Source: Gammaproteobacteria bacterium (GTDB lineage: Bacteria > Pseudomonadota > Gammaproteobacteria > Ga0077536). Taken from it: 64,000 bases of DNA. Below the pieces are notes generated by a model, which made no database searches, was not told where the DNA came from, and saw only the letters and a list, made by a program, of their open reading frames with translations. The position numbers and the translations under genes are program-made. The first letter of the stretch is position 1, and the number at the start of each line of letters is the position of its first letter. Where the stretch lies: NCBI GenBank assembly GCA_009692265.1, contig SHZM01000006.1, positions 3,080-67,079 of the forward strand. The letters are read 5' to 3'. This document shows positions 30,720 to 39,405 of the stretch, in pieces.

Positions 30720-32066
30720 ATGCGGCACGTTGAATCTCCCCAACAGATGACCTTAGTGGCTTTTCTGCAGGCGCAGAACTGCTCCAACTACACGGCATCG
30801 TGGCGGCATCCCGAGACAGCGCTCGATTTCATGACGCCGGAGTATTACCAACGGATCGCACGTATCCTCGAAGCCGGAAAATTCGATCTGGCGTTTTTCG
30901 ACGATCGGTTGGCGATGCCAGACATCTACCATCACGACTACGCCGAAACCGTTCGGCACGGGATCCGCGCCGTAAAAATGGATTTGCCGACGATCCTGAT
31001 GGCCATGGGGCTCAGCACGAAACACCTCGGCCTAGGCGCGACGTACTCGACCACCTACTACGAGCCGTTCCATGTCGCACGGGTGTTCGCAACGCTGGAT
31101 CTGATGACCGGCGGTCGCGCGGCCTGGAATGTCGTGACGTCATTGAACGATACCGAAGCCGCTAATTTTGGCCGCGAGCACTTGCTCGATCACGATCTGC
31201 GCTACGACCGCGCTGACGAGTTTATGGAAATTGTGCTGGGTCATTGGGCGAGCTGGGAAGACGGCGCGATCCTTCAAGACCGGGCCACTGGCTTGTTCGC
31301 GGATCCCGACAAGGTACGGCGCTTGGACTATCAGGGTCGCTGGCTGCGATCCCGCGGGCCGTTCACCGTGCCACGTTCGCCGCAGGGACATCCAGTCATC
31401 ATTCAAGCGGGGCAAAGCGGTCGCGGTCGTGAATTCGCGGCACGTTGGTCGGAACTCGTGTTTGTGATTCATCCCAATATTGAATTCGCGAAACGCAGCT
31501 ACCGAGAATTCAAGCAGGCGGTCGCAAGCAAGGATCGGGATCCCGCCAATGTCAGGATCTCGCCGGCCATATATGCGGTTATCGGCGCGACCCAGACGAT
31601 GGTGGAGGACAAGCTCGCGTTGATTGATGGACTCGCGAAACCGATCGATGCGCTGACCTTGCTCTCCGAAGTATTGAACTTCGATTTCGGAGCGAAGGGG
31701 ATGGATGATCCGTTCACGGCGGAAGAATTGGCCTCTGCGACTGGCCTGCAGGGGATCCTCGATCGCGTCATGCGCTTAAGCGGCTTGGCAAATCCCACGG
31801 TGCGGGATTTTTTACACTTCAGTGGTCGCGGTACGCTACGCGAGCTGCCGCTGTTCGCTGGTACTCCAACTCAGGTTGCCGATCAATTGGAAGAATGGTT
31901 TGTCGGGGAGGCCTGCGACGGCTTTGTGTTGGCGGCGACCCATATGCCAGGGTCTTACGAAGATTTTGCGCGCCTGGTGATCCCGGAACTTCAGCGACGC
32001 GGCCTGTTTCGCATGGAGTACCCGGGGATGACTTTGCGCGACACCCTCGGTTTCGCGAAACCATAA
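30720..32066 (+). CDS. LLM-class FMN-dependent monooxygenase, NtaA/SnaA/DszA subfamily
   Basis: 448 aa. 'WRHPETALDFMTPEYYQRIARILEAGKFDLAFFDDRLAMPD…' is typical of nitrilotriacetate-monooxygenase-A-like enzymes. Confidence 0.85.
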   Translation: MRHVESPQQMTLVAFLQAQNCSNYTASWRHPETALDFMTPEYYQRIARILEAGKFDLAFFDDRLAMPDIYHHDYAETVRHGIRAVKMDLPTILMAMGLSTKHLGLGATYSTTYYEPFHVARVFATLDLMTGGRAAWNVVTSLNDTEAANFGREHLLDHDLRYDRADEFMEIVLGHWASWEDGAILQDRATGLFADPDKVRRLDYQGRWLRSRGPFTVPRSPQGHPVIIQAGQSGRGREFAARWSELVFVIHPNIEFAKRSYREFKQAVASKDRDPANVRISPAIYAVIGATQTMVEDKLALIDGLAKPIDALTLLSEVLNFDFGAKGMDDPFTAEELASATGLQGILDRVMRLSGLANPTVRDFLHFSGRGTLRELPLFAGTPTQVADQLEEWFVGEACDGFVLAATHMPGSYEDFARLVIPELQRRGLFRMEYPGMTLRDTLGFAKP

Positions 32067-32084
32067 AGGAGTCCACCACGCGCG

Positions 32085-32263
32085 GCGTTGTTTTTCTCGG
32101 TAGTCGAAAAATCGATTTGAAGGAGTTCCGGGATCCAACGCCAGGTCCGGGCGAAGTTGTGCTTGCGATCAATGCCTCCGGCGTGTGTGGCAGCGACCTT
32201 AAATTTTACCGGGGACGTAGACTCGGGATACTCACCCAATCGTCACTTAGAAATTATGGGTAA
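32085..32263 (+). pseudogene. Zinc-dependent alcohol dehydrogenase (MDR) N-terminal fragment
   Basis: 'VVFLGSRKIDLKEFRDPTPGPGEVVLAINASGVCGSDLKFYRG' is the GroES-like N-terminus with the Zn Cys. It stops after ~60 aa. Confidence 0.4.
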
Positions 32264-32804
32264 TCCGGAACACCGCGATTTCCCGAGGCATTCTTGGGTG
32301 TCCCGGAATAATTCTGTCGTCGGCGACATTGGCTTGAATGGGTCGATTCGATGGGTGTCCCCGATTCGGCTCCGCGATCGAGCATCATCGGCACTGAAAC
32401 CACCGAGATGCCGAAGACCAGCGTTGCGAAGAAAGCGCCCACCGTGCAATAAGCGAACAGAAATTGTGGATGGTCGACCGAGAACAGGTGCGTCAGGAAA
32501 TATTTCATCGTCGGCATCGGCATGCCGGCGAATTGGTGGGGGGCGGGCGTCGGCGGATCGCGGTGTTCGGATTCTTCCATCGAGCGGATTCCCGTGACCG
32601 GTTCGCGTGGCGGTCGCAGGCGTAAGGCACAAGTACAGGTTTAGGTACAGGTCACTCAAGGCCTGCAATCAATCTTAATCCTAGCAGCGTGTCAGGCTTC
32701 GCGGGCAGGCACATCGCAGGCGCTTGGTCGATGTCAACAATTCGCACTACGCAGGCAATCCCGGCGGCGCATAGGCGCCGCTGGGATTAATTTTGGTGGG
32801 GGGA

Positions 32805-33020
32805 TCAGCCTTCCCGCTCAAGCGCCTTACGCAGAGTATCCTTGCTGCGCAGGCGCGCGAGGTCTTCCTCGAATTCCCGGCTCTCGGCCCGCAGCTGCAG
32901 GATGTGCCAAACTATCCAGAAGGCACCGACCACGATGACCATCAGCATTTCGGTGCCGACGAACGGGTACATGGGGCCGATATCCGTCATCGCCCCGGCA
33001 AAGGATTCGATTGTCGCCAT
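32805..33020 (-). CDS. Small (71 aa) single-TM membrane protein immediately downstream of amt
   Basis: ATG is 23 nt after the amt stop. The sequence is 'MATIESFAGAMTDIGPMYPFVGTEMLMVIVVGAFWIVWHILQLRAE…'. Confidence 0.4.
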   Translation of the reverse strand: MATIESFAGAMTDIGPMYPFVGTEMLMVIVVGAFWIVWHILQLRAESREFEEDLARLRSKDTLRKALEREG

Positions 33021-33042
33021 GTCTGTTGTCTCCTGTATGAGT

Positions 33043-34452
33043 TTAACCGCGAGCCGCCAGCAGATCGCCAGCTTCTGCGTGTACCGATTGCGTGACTTCC
33101 GCAGCGTCGAGTTCGCGCTGAATCTCGATCGAGACATCGAGTCCAGCGAGTTCGATTTCGCGCGGGATGCGAAGCAGACCGAAGGCATTCAACACCTTGG
33201 CTGCCACATAGCCGGGGAACACGCCCAGCACTGCAAACATGATCACGGCACCGATGAAATTGCCCCAGGGGGTGATCGCGGCGAAGCCCGCGGTCGGCGA
33301 TGAGGGATAGCCCCACAGCACAAACCCGGCGACCACCACCCCCAGGAAGCCTGTATAACCATGCACGGCGACCGCGCCAACGGCGCTGTCGAGCTTGAAG
33401 CGCCGTTCCATGTAATAGTGCAGCTTGTAGGAAATAACCGGCACGGTCGCGCCGATCAGGAAGGCCTGCAGCGGGTGATACAGATCATTACCTGCGGACG
33501 CGGCGATCACCCCGGCGAGACCACCCGAGTAGGTCCAGAAAGCATCGCCCTTCGCCACCGCGTGCATCGAAAGCATGCCGCCGCATAAGGCCGTGATGAA
33601 ATTGAACGTGATAGCTGACAGTGTGGTCGGTGCCAGATAGATATTGGTCGCCGAGAAAAACACGCCATCGCCGGCCTGTACATCAAACATTGGGATGTTG
33701 CACGCGGCGTAGAAACCCCAGAAGCCGGTGTAGATCAGGAAAAGCCCGATCGTCACCAACCATGGATTGTGCGGATTGATGTTGCGGGCTGTCCCGTCCG
33801 GCTTGAATTTGCCGAGGCGCGGTCCGAGCACCAGCAGCACGCCCAAGGTAAAGCCGCCGGCGATGGCATGCACCACCCCGGATGCGTACGCATCGTGGTA
33901 GCCAAGCTTGGCCACCATCCAGCCCGCCGGATGCCAACCCCAGGCCGCATCGATTATCCACAGCACCGAACCAATCAGCACGGCCAGGATCCAGAAGGCA
34001 CCCGAGCGGATCCGTTCGATGCAGTCGCCAGAGACGATGGAGGCGGTGGTCCAGGAGAACAGCAGGAACGCCGCGAAAAACACCCCGTTGAGGCGGGCCC
34101 ACAGCGCAGTATCGGCAGCCGTCACCGCGGCTGTCGCTGGCGCGCCGCCCATGTGAGTGCCCATCAATTCGCTCCACGGGACCGCGAAGGATGCCGGGAT
34201 GAGTCCACCTGTGATCCCGGGTCCGTTCGGGAGCGCCGAATAGATCCACCAGCCGAACAGATAGAACGTGATCCCCACCGTCGGGATCACCATGGTGTTC
34301 TTCATCAACGTATGCATGTGATTCTTGCGCCGCGAGGCGCCGACTTCATACATGCAAAAGCCAACGTGGATCAGAAACATGAAAACCACTGTCACCCAGT
34401 AGTAAAACTCGGTGAACAGTACGGTCAGTGCTGTGATGTCTTTATCCATCAT
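33043..34452 (-). CDS. amt: Ammonium transporter (Amt/MEP family)
   Basis: ~470 aa polytopic protein with Amt family features. Start 'ggagga-N5-ATGATGGAT' at 34452. It lies co-directionally downstream of DMFase-like cassette A. Confidence 0.9.
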   Translation of the reverse strand: MMDKDITALTVLFTEFYYWVTVVFMFLIHVGFCMYEVGASRRKNHMHTLMKNTMVIPTVGITFYLFGWWIYSALPNGPGITGGLIPASFAVPWSELMGTHMGGAPATAAVTAADTALWARLNGVFFAAFLLFSWTTASIVSGDCIERIRSGAFWILAVLIGSVLWIIDAAWGWHPAGWMVAKLGYHDAYASGVVHAIAGGFTLGVLLVLGPRLGKFKPDGTARNINPHNPWLVTIGLFLIYTGFWGFYAACNIPMFDVQAGDGVFFSATNIYLAPTTLSAITFNFITALCGGMLSMHAVAKGDAFWTYSGGLAGVIAASAGNDLYHPLQAFLIGATVPVISYKLHYYMERRFKLDSAVGAVAVHGYTGFLGVVVAGFVLWGYPSSPTAGFAAITPWGNFIGAVIMFAVLGVFPGYVAAKVLNAFGLLRIPREIELAGLDVSIEIQRELDAAEVTQSVHAEAGDLLAARG

Positions 34453-34624
34453 ATCCTCCTCGGTTGTTTTACTCAGGCACGCGCCTGTCCCCCATACGCC
34501 GGCGACACCTTGGGTCGCCGACACCTGTTTAGACCAGCGATCCTGCGACTCCATTCCAGCCGGCGCGCTGCGCGTGACCGACCCCGGGTTTTCCCTGGGT
34601 GGCGGCTGCGGTCAGGTGCGCCGC

Positions 34625-35020
34625 TCAGAGACTGCGGACAGGCATCCTTTCCCCCCGCGTGCGCCGCAAGCGCGTGGCGGCGCGGCTGGCGGCGGCTGGC
34701 GTGTCGAACGTCAGTGCTTCAAATATGATCAACGGGCGCGCGCGATCCGCGCTTAATTGGCCGACGCACCAGCGCCGCTCCGTTTCGGTACAGACCACCA
34801 CATACGCGCCTGGTAGCGGGCCGAAGTGCCGGTTATTGAGCGTAAAAAGACACTCCGCGAGTTGATTGAGTTTGTCCGGATCGAGCGTGCCGAGTAATGC
34901 AGACTCGAGTTTATTCGGGGTGCCCGCGAGCGCGGGCATCACATGTTTGCCGCGCGGTGGCGCGAGAGGCCGCCCCGGGTTCTGCTGCGGCGCCGGTTTT
35001 CGCGCGCGACGCGGACTCAC
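34625..35020 (-). CDS. Protein of unknown function (~131 aa), DMFase-cassette-associated, copy A
   Basis: GTG start overlaps the large-subunit stop (GTGA at 35017-35020). It is a paralog of 42499..42927 (shared 'GP.PG.YVvV…R..VGQL.AD.A.P…FE.L.F'). Confidence 0.6.
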   Translation of the reverse strand: MSPRRARKPAPQQNPGRPLAPPRGKHVMPALAGTPNKLESALLGTLDPDKLNQLAECLFTLNNRHFGPLPGAYVVVCTETERRWCVGQLSADRARPLIIFEALTFDTPAAASRAATRLRRTRGERMPVRSL

Positions 35021-37401
35021 GGCAATGGTCCTTTCTTGAGAAAGCCCTTGATCACGTTCTTCATCAGGCGCGACACGTTGTTGTCGTAATTGTGGTGGGA
35101 CAGTGCGCCACACCAGGCCAGCGAGCCGGGCGCGAAGACCGCCCCGTCATTCGGCGTCTTGTAGTAGATCATGTCCGCCCGAATCATCGGATTCTCATCG
35201 CCGCCGCCGTAAAAACCGCGCACCGAGAAGTGGACTTCCTCGTTGACCTGCAGCATGAGATCCGTATGGCCTTCGGAGCGCGCGAGAAGGAACGCGTGGT
35301 GCGGCGTGCCGAATTCCAGATCGTAGCGGTCGATCTCCAGGCCCGCGGCGCCGCCGCCGACGAGGCCGAAGTCACCGATCACCTCGTCCTGACCGATCCC
35401 TTGAAACATCCACGCGCATTCGGGCCGCAGGCTATCCGCTTCGCGCCGATAGTAAGTGGAAACATCGAAACCATAACCGGTGAACGTGAGTCCGCAGACT
35501 TTGCTCGGGATGCGACCGCGCGCCCGCCACATTCCGCCGTACTTGCCGTCAAATGCATTGTTGTATTCGCCCGGATTCGCGGTCCACGCGCGGGTACCGG
35601 CCTCGCCTTTGCGTACTTCGATGATATTGCTGTTGTCCGGATGGTACTGGCTGCACCAGTAAAAGCCGTTGGCACCGAGGTACATCCAGCGCCCGCCGCT
35701 GGCCTGGTAAGCCTCGTAGGCATTGAGCATGCGTTCGGAAGAGTACTCCGGATGGCTGCCCGTCAAGACCACCTGATAACGGGACAACAGCCCGAGTCCC
35801 TCGCGATCGAGATCCTCATCGGTATGCACATCGAACTCGAAATTCATCTGTTCGAGCCAATCGGTCAAATGCAGATCCGCGTTAAACTGCCATAACGACG
35901 GCGACAACCAGTGCCGATACTTCGGGCGCATGTTCAAGATCGGTCGCAGGCGCGAGCTGTAGCACACCCCACTGCCGTCCGAATGGCAGGAATAAGTGGA
36001 CAGACCGTATTCGCGATGCTCATTCAGATAGAGATCCGAAGCGTTCATGATCGGCACGCGCCCGGCCAGTAGCTGCGCGACGACGGAATTGGTGGCAAGG
36101 TTGTCGTTCGAATAGGCCATGTAGCTGTTGGTCGGCACGATGAACGCAATCTTCGCGGTCGCCGTCCCGCGCGGCGGCCGCACGAAGAACGGAATGTAGT
36201 CTTCGGTTTCCGGCGAATCCTTGCCACCGATCCGCAGGCGAGCCGCATAGGCCCCACTCTTCAAGGTGGTGGGCAAGGTATAGGTAAAATCCACTGCCCA
36301 CCGCGCATCGTCGAGGTCATCGTCATGGAAATGGATCGCGCCATACTCATGCGGAATGTGGTGATAGACGATATCGTCGCCGCTCCAGTTATAGCCGGTC
36401 ATGCCGCGGACCGGGAGATTGATGGCGAACCCATGCAACTGATTCGGTGAGATATCCACGATCTGGCACGAGGCGATATTAGTCGTGATGTTGGCGTGAA
36501 AATCCCAGGCACCCACCACGGCAATGCGCAGCTCCGCAGCGGCTCCCGCGAAGCCGCGCGCGAGCGCATCGATTTCTGCTTTCGAAAGTGCTCTATTCGA
36601 AATCCTGGGACGGTCGATTTTCCCGTTATAACACCAGACCTGTTCCGGCAGGGACACCGCGGAGATGGCCTCCTTGTAGTGACCCCCTTGAATGCTGCGT
36701 CCCGAGTCCGTCTCCGCGGTCGCCGCGGCGAACAGGACCGGCGCGTCATTCTTGGCCGGACCATGGGCGCTCTTGGTCTTTACCACTGCGCTAGTCTCGT
36801 GCGCAGGGTGCAGCAGCGCCATGCCGAGTCCGCCATTCGTCGATGACACGATCGGTTCCTGATACAGCACCACCTGCCCGGTGTCCGCGTCGTAGCTGGC
36901 CGCCACCAGGTACCATACCTTACGACGCAATGGTTTCCCGCTCGTGAGCGTGGTGAGCTTGCCGCGCGTCCCGCCGATCATCACAGTAAGACAACCCGCT
37001 TCATCAACAAACAGACCATAGCCGGACTTCCGGCCGACATCCCACTTGGTCACTACGCCCTGCATGCCTTTGTCATGGCAGTAGCCATGCGGTCCGGGGC
37101 CTGGGGTGGTGGGGAAAATAAAGGCCTGCACGGTGAAGCTTGCACAGTCCAGGCGTGAGTCGGCCGGTATCACTACATACGAGCCACCGTGAATCTTCTG
37201 CGGTCGCCCTTGGTAGCGTTGATTGCAGGGCGCTTTGATTTCTTTTTCCTTGAAACCAGGTCCTTCGGGATTCGTATCCCCATGGATTACACGCACGATC
37301 TGGACGTCGTAGCGCTCTCCCTTCTCGGCATTCACATAGAATTTGATCGTCTCGCCAGGACATGCGGAATACTTATCGCTGTAGCCGGTGATCCGAAGCA
37401 T
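35017..37401 (-). CDS. N,N-dimethylformamidase large (beta) subunit family protein, copy A
   Basis: 794 aa. It has the LamG-like central region and the conserved C-terminal catalytic region '…GGRWMYLGANGFYWCSQYHPD…YGGMWRARGR…' typical of DmfA2-family proteins. Preceded by a 'gagga' SD. Confidence 0.85.
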   Translation of the reverse strand: MLRITGYSDKYSACPGETIKFYVNAEKGERYDVQIVRVIHGDTNPEGPGFKEKEIKAPCNQRYQGRPQKIHGGSYVVIPADSRLDCASFTVQAFIFPTTPGPGPHGYCHDKGMQGVVTKWDVGRKSGYGLFVDEAGCLTVMIGGTRGKLTTLTSGKPLRRKVWYLVAASYDADTGQVVLYQEPIVSSTNGGLGMALLHPAHETSAVVKTKSAHGPAKNDAPVLFAAATAETDSGRSIQGGHYKEAISAVSLPEQVWCYNGKIDRPRISNRALSKAEIDALARGFAGAAAELRIAVVGAWDFHANITTNIASCQIVDISPNQLHGFAINLPVRGMTGYNWSGDDIVYHHIPHEYGAIHFHDDDLDDARWAVDFTYTLPTTLKSGAYAARLRIGGKDSPETEDYIPFFVRPPRGTATAKIAFIVPTNSYMAYSNDNLATNSVVAQLLAGRVPIMNASDLYLNEHREYGLSTYSCHSDGSGVCYSSRLRPILNMRPKYRHWLSPSLWQFNADLHLTDWLEQMNFEFDVHTDEDLDREGLGLLSRYQVVLTGSHPEYSSERMLNAYEAYQASGGRWMYLGANGFYWCSQYHPDNSNIIEVRKGEAGTRAWTANPGEYNNAFDGKYGGMWRARGRIPSKVCGLTFTGYGFDVSTYYRREADSLRPECAWMFQGIGQDEVIGDFGLVGGGAAGLEIDRYDLEFGTPHHAFLLARSEGHTDLMLQVNEEVHFSVRGFYGGGDENPMIRADMIYYKTPNDGAVFAPGSLAWCGALSHHNYDNNVSRLMKNVIKGFLKKGPLP

Positions 37402-37472
37402 GGGGTTGTCCTCATTTATGTACCGTCGACGCCGCGCGCCAGAAATGTTCGGTTCGGTGCCAACGCGGCCGT

Positions 37473-37922
37473 TCAGCGCACTTTATGCCCGTAACTGGCC
37501 AGGAGTTCGTGCACCCGTTTGACGAAAATCGCGTGCTCACAGGAATCTTCGGATGGATAGGAGTCGGCGAAGATCTTGACCGGCTTGCCGCGCACGCCAG
37601 TACACATGCCAATGCGGTAATCGCGATGCGCGGCGACACAGATTCGCACGTACTTGCCGGCCATCGGCGCACGCCGGAGTTTGTCGATCACATGCGCAAG
37701 TTCTTCACTGTGCTGCACACCGGCCTTGCCACCTTTGCCCGGCAAGCCGATCGGGTTCTCGCAATGTTCAGCGAGCAGGCGCTCGCGCGTCGTGCGGTCG
37801 GTCAGCAGCGGGAGGACATGGGTGCGGGTAATGAAGTCATCCGTACTGGTATAACCCTGGTTGGTTTGGACGCCGGTCGGTTTGGTCGCCATCGTTCCTC
37901 CCAGGCTTTTTGACTCGTGCAA
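37473..37922 (-). CDS. Putative DMFase small (alpha) subunit-like protein, copy A
   Basis: ~140-149 aa gene directly upstream of the large subunit. It is a paralog of 45352..45783 (shared 'IDKLR…', 'EHAIFVKR'). The size matches the ~15 kDa DMFase alpha subunit. The assignment is by context. Confidence 0.55.
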   Translation of the reverse strand: MHESKSLGGTMATKPTGVQTNQGYTSTDDFITRTHVLPLLTDRTTRERLLAEHCENPIGLPGKGGKAGVQHSEELAHVIDKLRRAPMAGKYVRICVAAHRDYRIGMCTGVRGKPVKIFADSYPSEDSCEHAIFVKRVHELLASYGHKVR

Positions 37923-37993
37923 TACTTATAACACTGGCGTCCGGCAAAATGAAGGTTAGTTCTTTCAATGCGCAGAAACTTTCTCTACTCTCA
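37893..37993. promoter_or_regulatory. Divergent intergenic/promoter region between DMFase-like cassette A (minus) and the GS-like operon (plus)
   Basis: ~100 bp, locally AT-richer ('cttataacactggcgtccggcaaaatgaaggttagttctttcaatgcgcagaaactttctctactctcaatgcaacgt'). It is flanked by divergent start codons. Confidence 0.45.
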
Positions 37994-39364
37994 ATGCAAC
38001 GTATGAATACGACCCCGCTAAACTGGTCTGCCGCTTCGGGTACCGCGCTTAGCGACATTTTGGAGCGCGAGCGCATCGAGTTTGTGCACGCGGGGATCTT
38101 CGATACTGAAGGAGTGTTCCGCGAAAAGCGGTTGCCGGTGGCGCTGGCGCGCCGGTACCTGGCGGAGGGTTGGTCTTTCATCGACGCGCTGCCGTACTGG
38201 GGGCCCAACGACACGGTACGCGCGGACCGCGCTTATCGCAGCGAAGCCTGCCAGCTTGATGTCGCGAGTCTGCGCCCTTACCCGTTCGAACCTCACGCCG
38301 CGTTGCTGGTGGCGGACTACACCGGCGACAGCGCCGCGTTGTCGCCGCGGGCACTGCTCGCGGCCCAGATCGCGCGCGCGCACCAACTTGGCTTCGAACC
38401 CCTTGGCGCAAGCGAGTTCGAGTTCATCATTCTCGACGAAACGCCCGCTACGCTGAGCGCCAAGAATTTCGATCAGCTGCAGACGCTGGCACAGGAGAAT
38501 TGTTGCTGGTCGGGGCTATATCCGGCCGCGGGCGCAGAATTCCTGCGCGATTACGATCACTGTCTGCGGGCCGGGGATATTCCCCTGCATCATCTGTGCT
38601 CGGAACTGGGCCCGGGGTGCCTGGAAGCCGCGCTGCCCGTGCGCCAACTGGCGACGGCGGCGGACGATGCCGCACTTTTCAAGCTGTTCACCAAGGCGTT
38701 CTGCATTCAACGCAGTCTCACCGCTTCTTTCATGGCCCAGCTCTCGGATACGCATCCCGGACTGGGCGGGCATCCCAGCTTGTCGCTGCGCACGCGCACG
38801 ACTGACGTCGCCGCGTTCCATGCGGCCGACGATCCGCGCGGAATCTCGATCGTGTGCCGGCAATTTATCGCGGGCATCCTGCAAGCCTTGCCCGAACTCA
38901 TGCCGATGTTCGCCAGTACGGTGAATGCTTATCGCCGGTATGTGCCGGGCAATTGGGCGCCACGCACCGCGACCTGGGGGCTCGGGAATTACACCTGTGG
39001 TTTACGGGTGGTGGCTGGCGCGCCGGACGACTGTCGGATTGAATTTCGCTTGCCCGGCGCGGATACCAATCCGCACCTGGCCTTCGCGCTGATGCTCGGC
39101 GCCGGGTTGCGGGGAATCGAGCAAAATCTGCAACCCCCGCCTGAAACGACCGACATCGGCCGCGAGTTCGTGCATCCGGCGATCGGTCCGTTACCGCGCT
39201 CGCTGCTCGAAGCCGCCGAACGCATGCAGCGTAGTACGCTGGCGGCTGATTTGTTTGGGGCCGAGTTCGTGACCCATTTCACCCAGAGCTGTATTCAGGA
39301 AGACATCACAATGCGCCGGCACGTCGCGGCATTTGAACGCAAGCGTTACCTTCATCACGTATGA
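37994..39364 (+). CDS. Glutamine synthetase-like protein 1 (divergent GlnA-family paralog)
   Basis: It has the GS catalytic-domain layout ('GASEFEFII', 'NAYRRYVPGNWAPRTATWGLGNYTCGLRV'). The canonical HHE.APGQ.E region is replaced by 'HHLCSELGPGCLE'. Confidence 0.75.
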   Translation: MQRMNTTPLNWSAASGTALSDILERERIEFVHAGIFDTEGVFREKRLPVALARRYLAEGWSFIDALPYWGPNDTVRADRAYRSEACQLDVASLRPYPFEPHAALLVADYTGDSAALSPRALLAAQIARAHQLGFEPLGASEFEFIILDETPATLSAKNFDQLQTLAQENCCWSGLYPAAGAEFLRDYDHCLRAGDIPLHHLCSELGPGCLEAALPVRQLATAADDAALFKLFTKAFCIQRSLTASFMAQLSDTHPGLGGHPSLSLRTRTTDVAAFHAADDPRGISIVCRQFIAGILQALPELMPMFASTVNAYRRYVPGNWAPRTATWGLGNYTCGLRVVAGAPDDCRIEFRLPGADTNPHLAFALMLGAGLRGIEQNLQPPPETTDIGREFVHPAIGPLPRSLLEAAERMQRSTLAADLFGAEFVTHFTQSCIQEDITMRRHVAAFERKRYLHHV

Positions 39365-39405
39365 GCGTGGCGCTTTAAACCATCAGCACCCGGAGGAGCC
39401 TTGCT

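Noticed and set aside
33769-34728. 319-aa plus-strand ORF over amt
   Set aside because: It is antisense to the ammonium transporter. The translation is Arg/His-rich with no domain.
34897-35895. 332-aa plus-strand ORF over DMFase-like large subunit A
   Set aside because: Antisense shadow ORF.
37930-37960. Possible sigma-54 promoter 'tggcgtccggcaaaa' in the divergent region
   Set aside because: It has a GG at -24-like spacing but lacks the -12 TTGC/GC element. This is not convincing without a search model.
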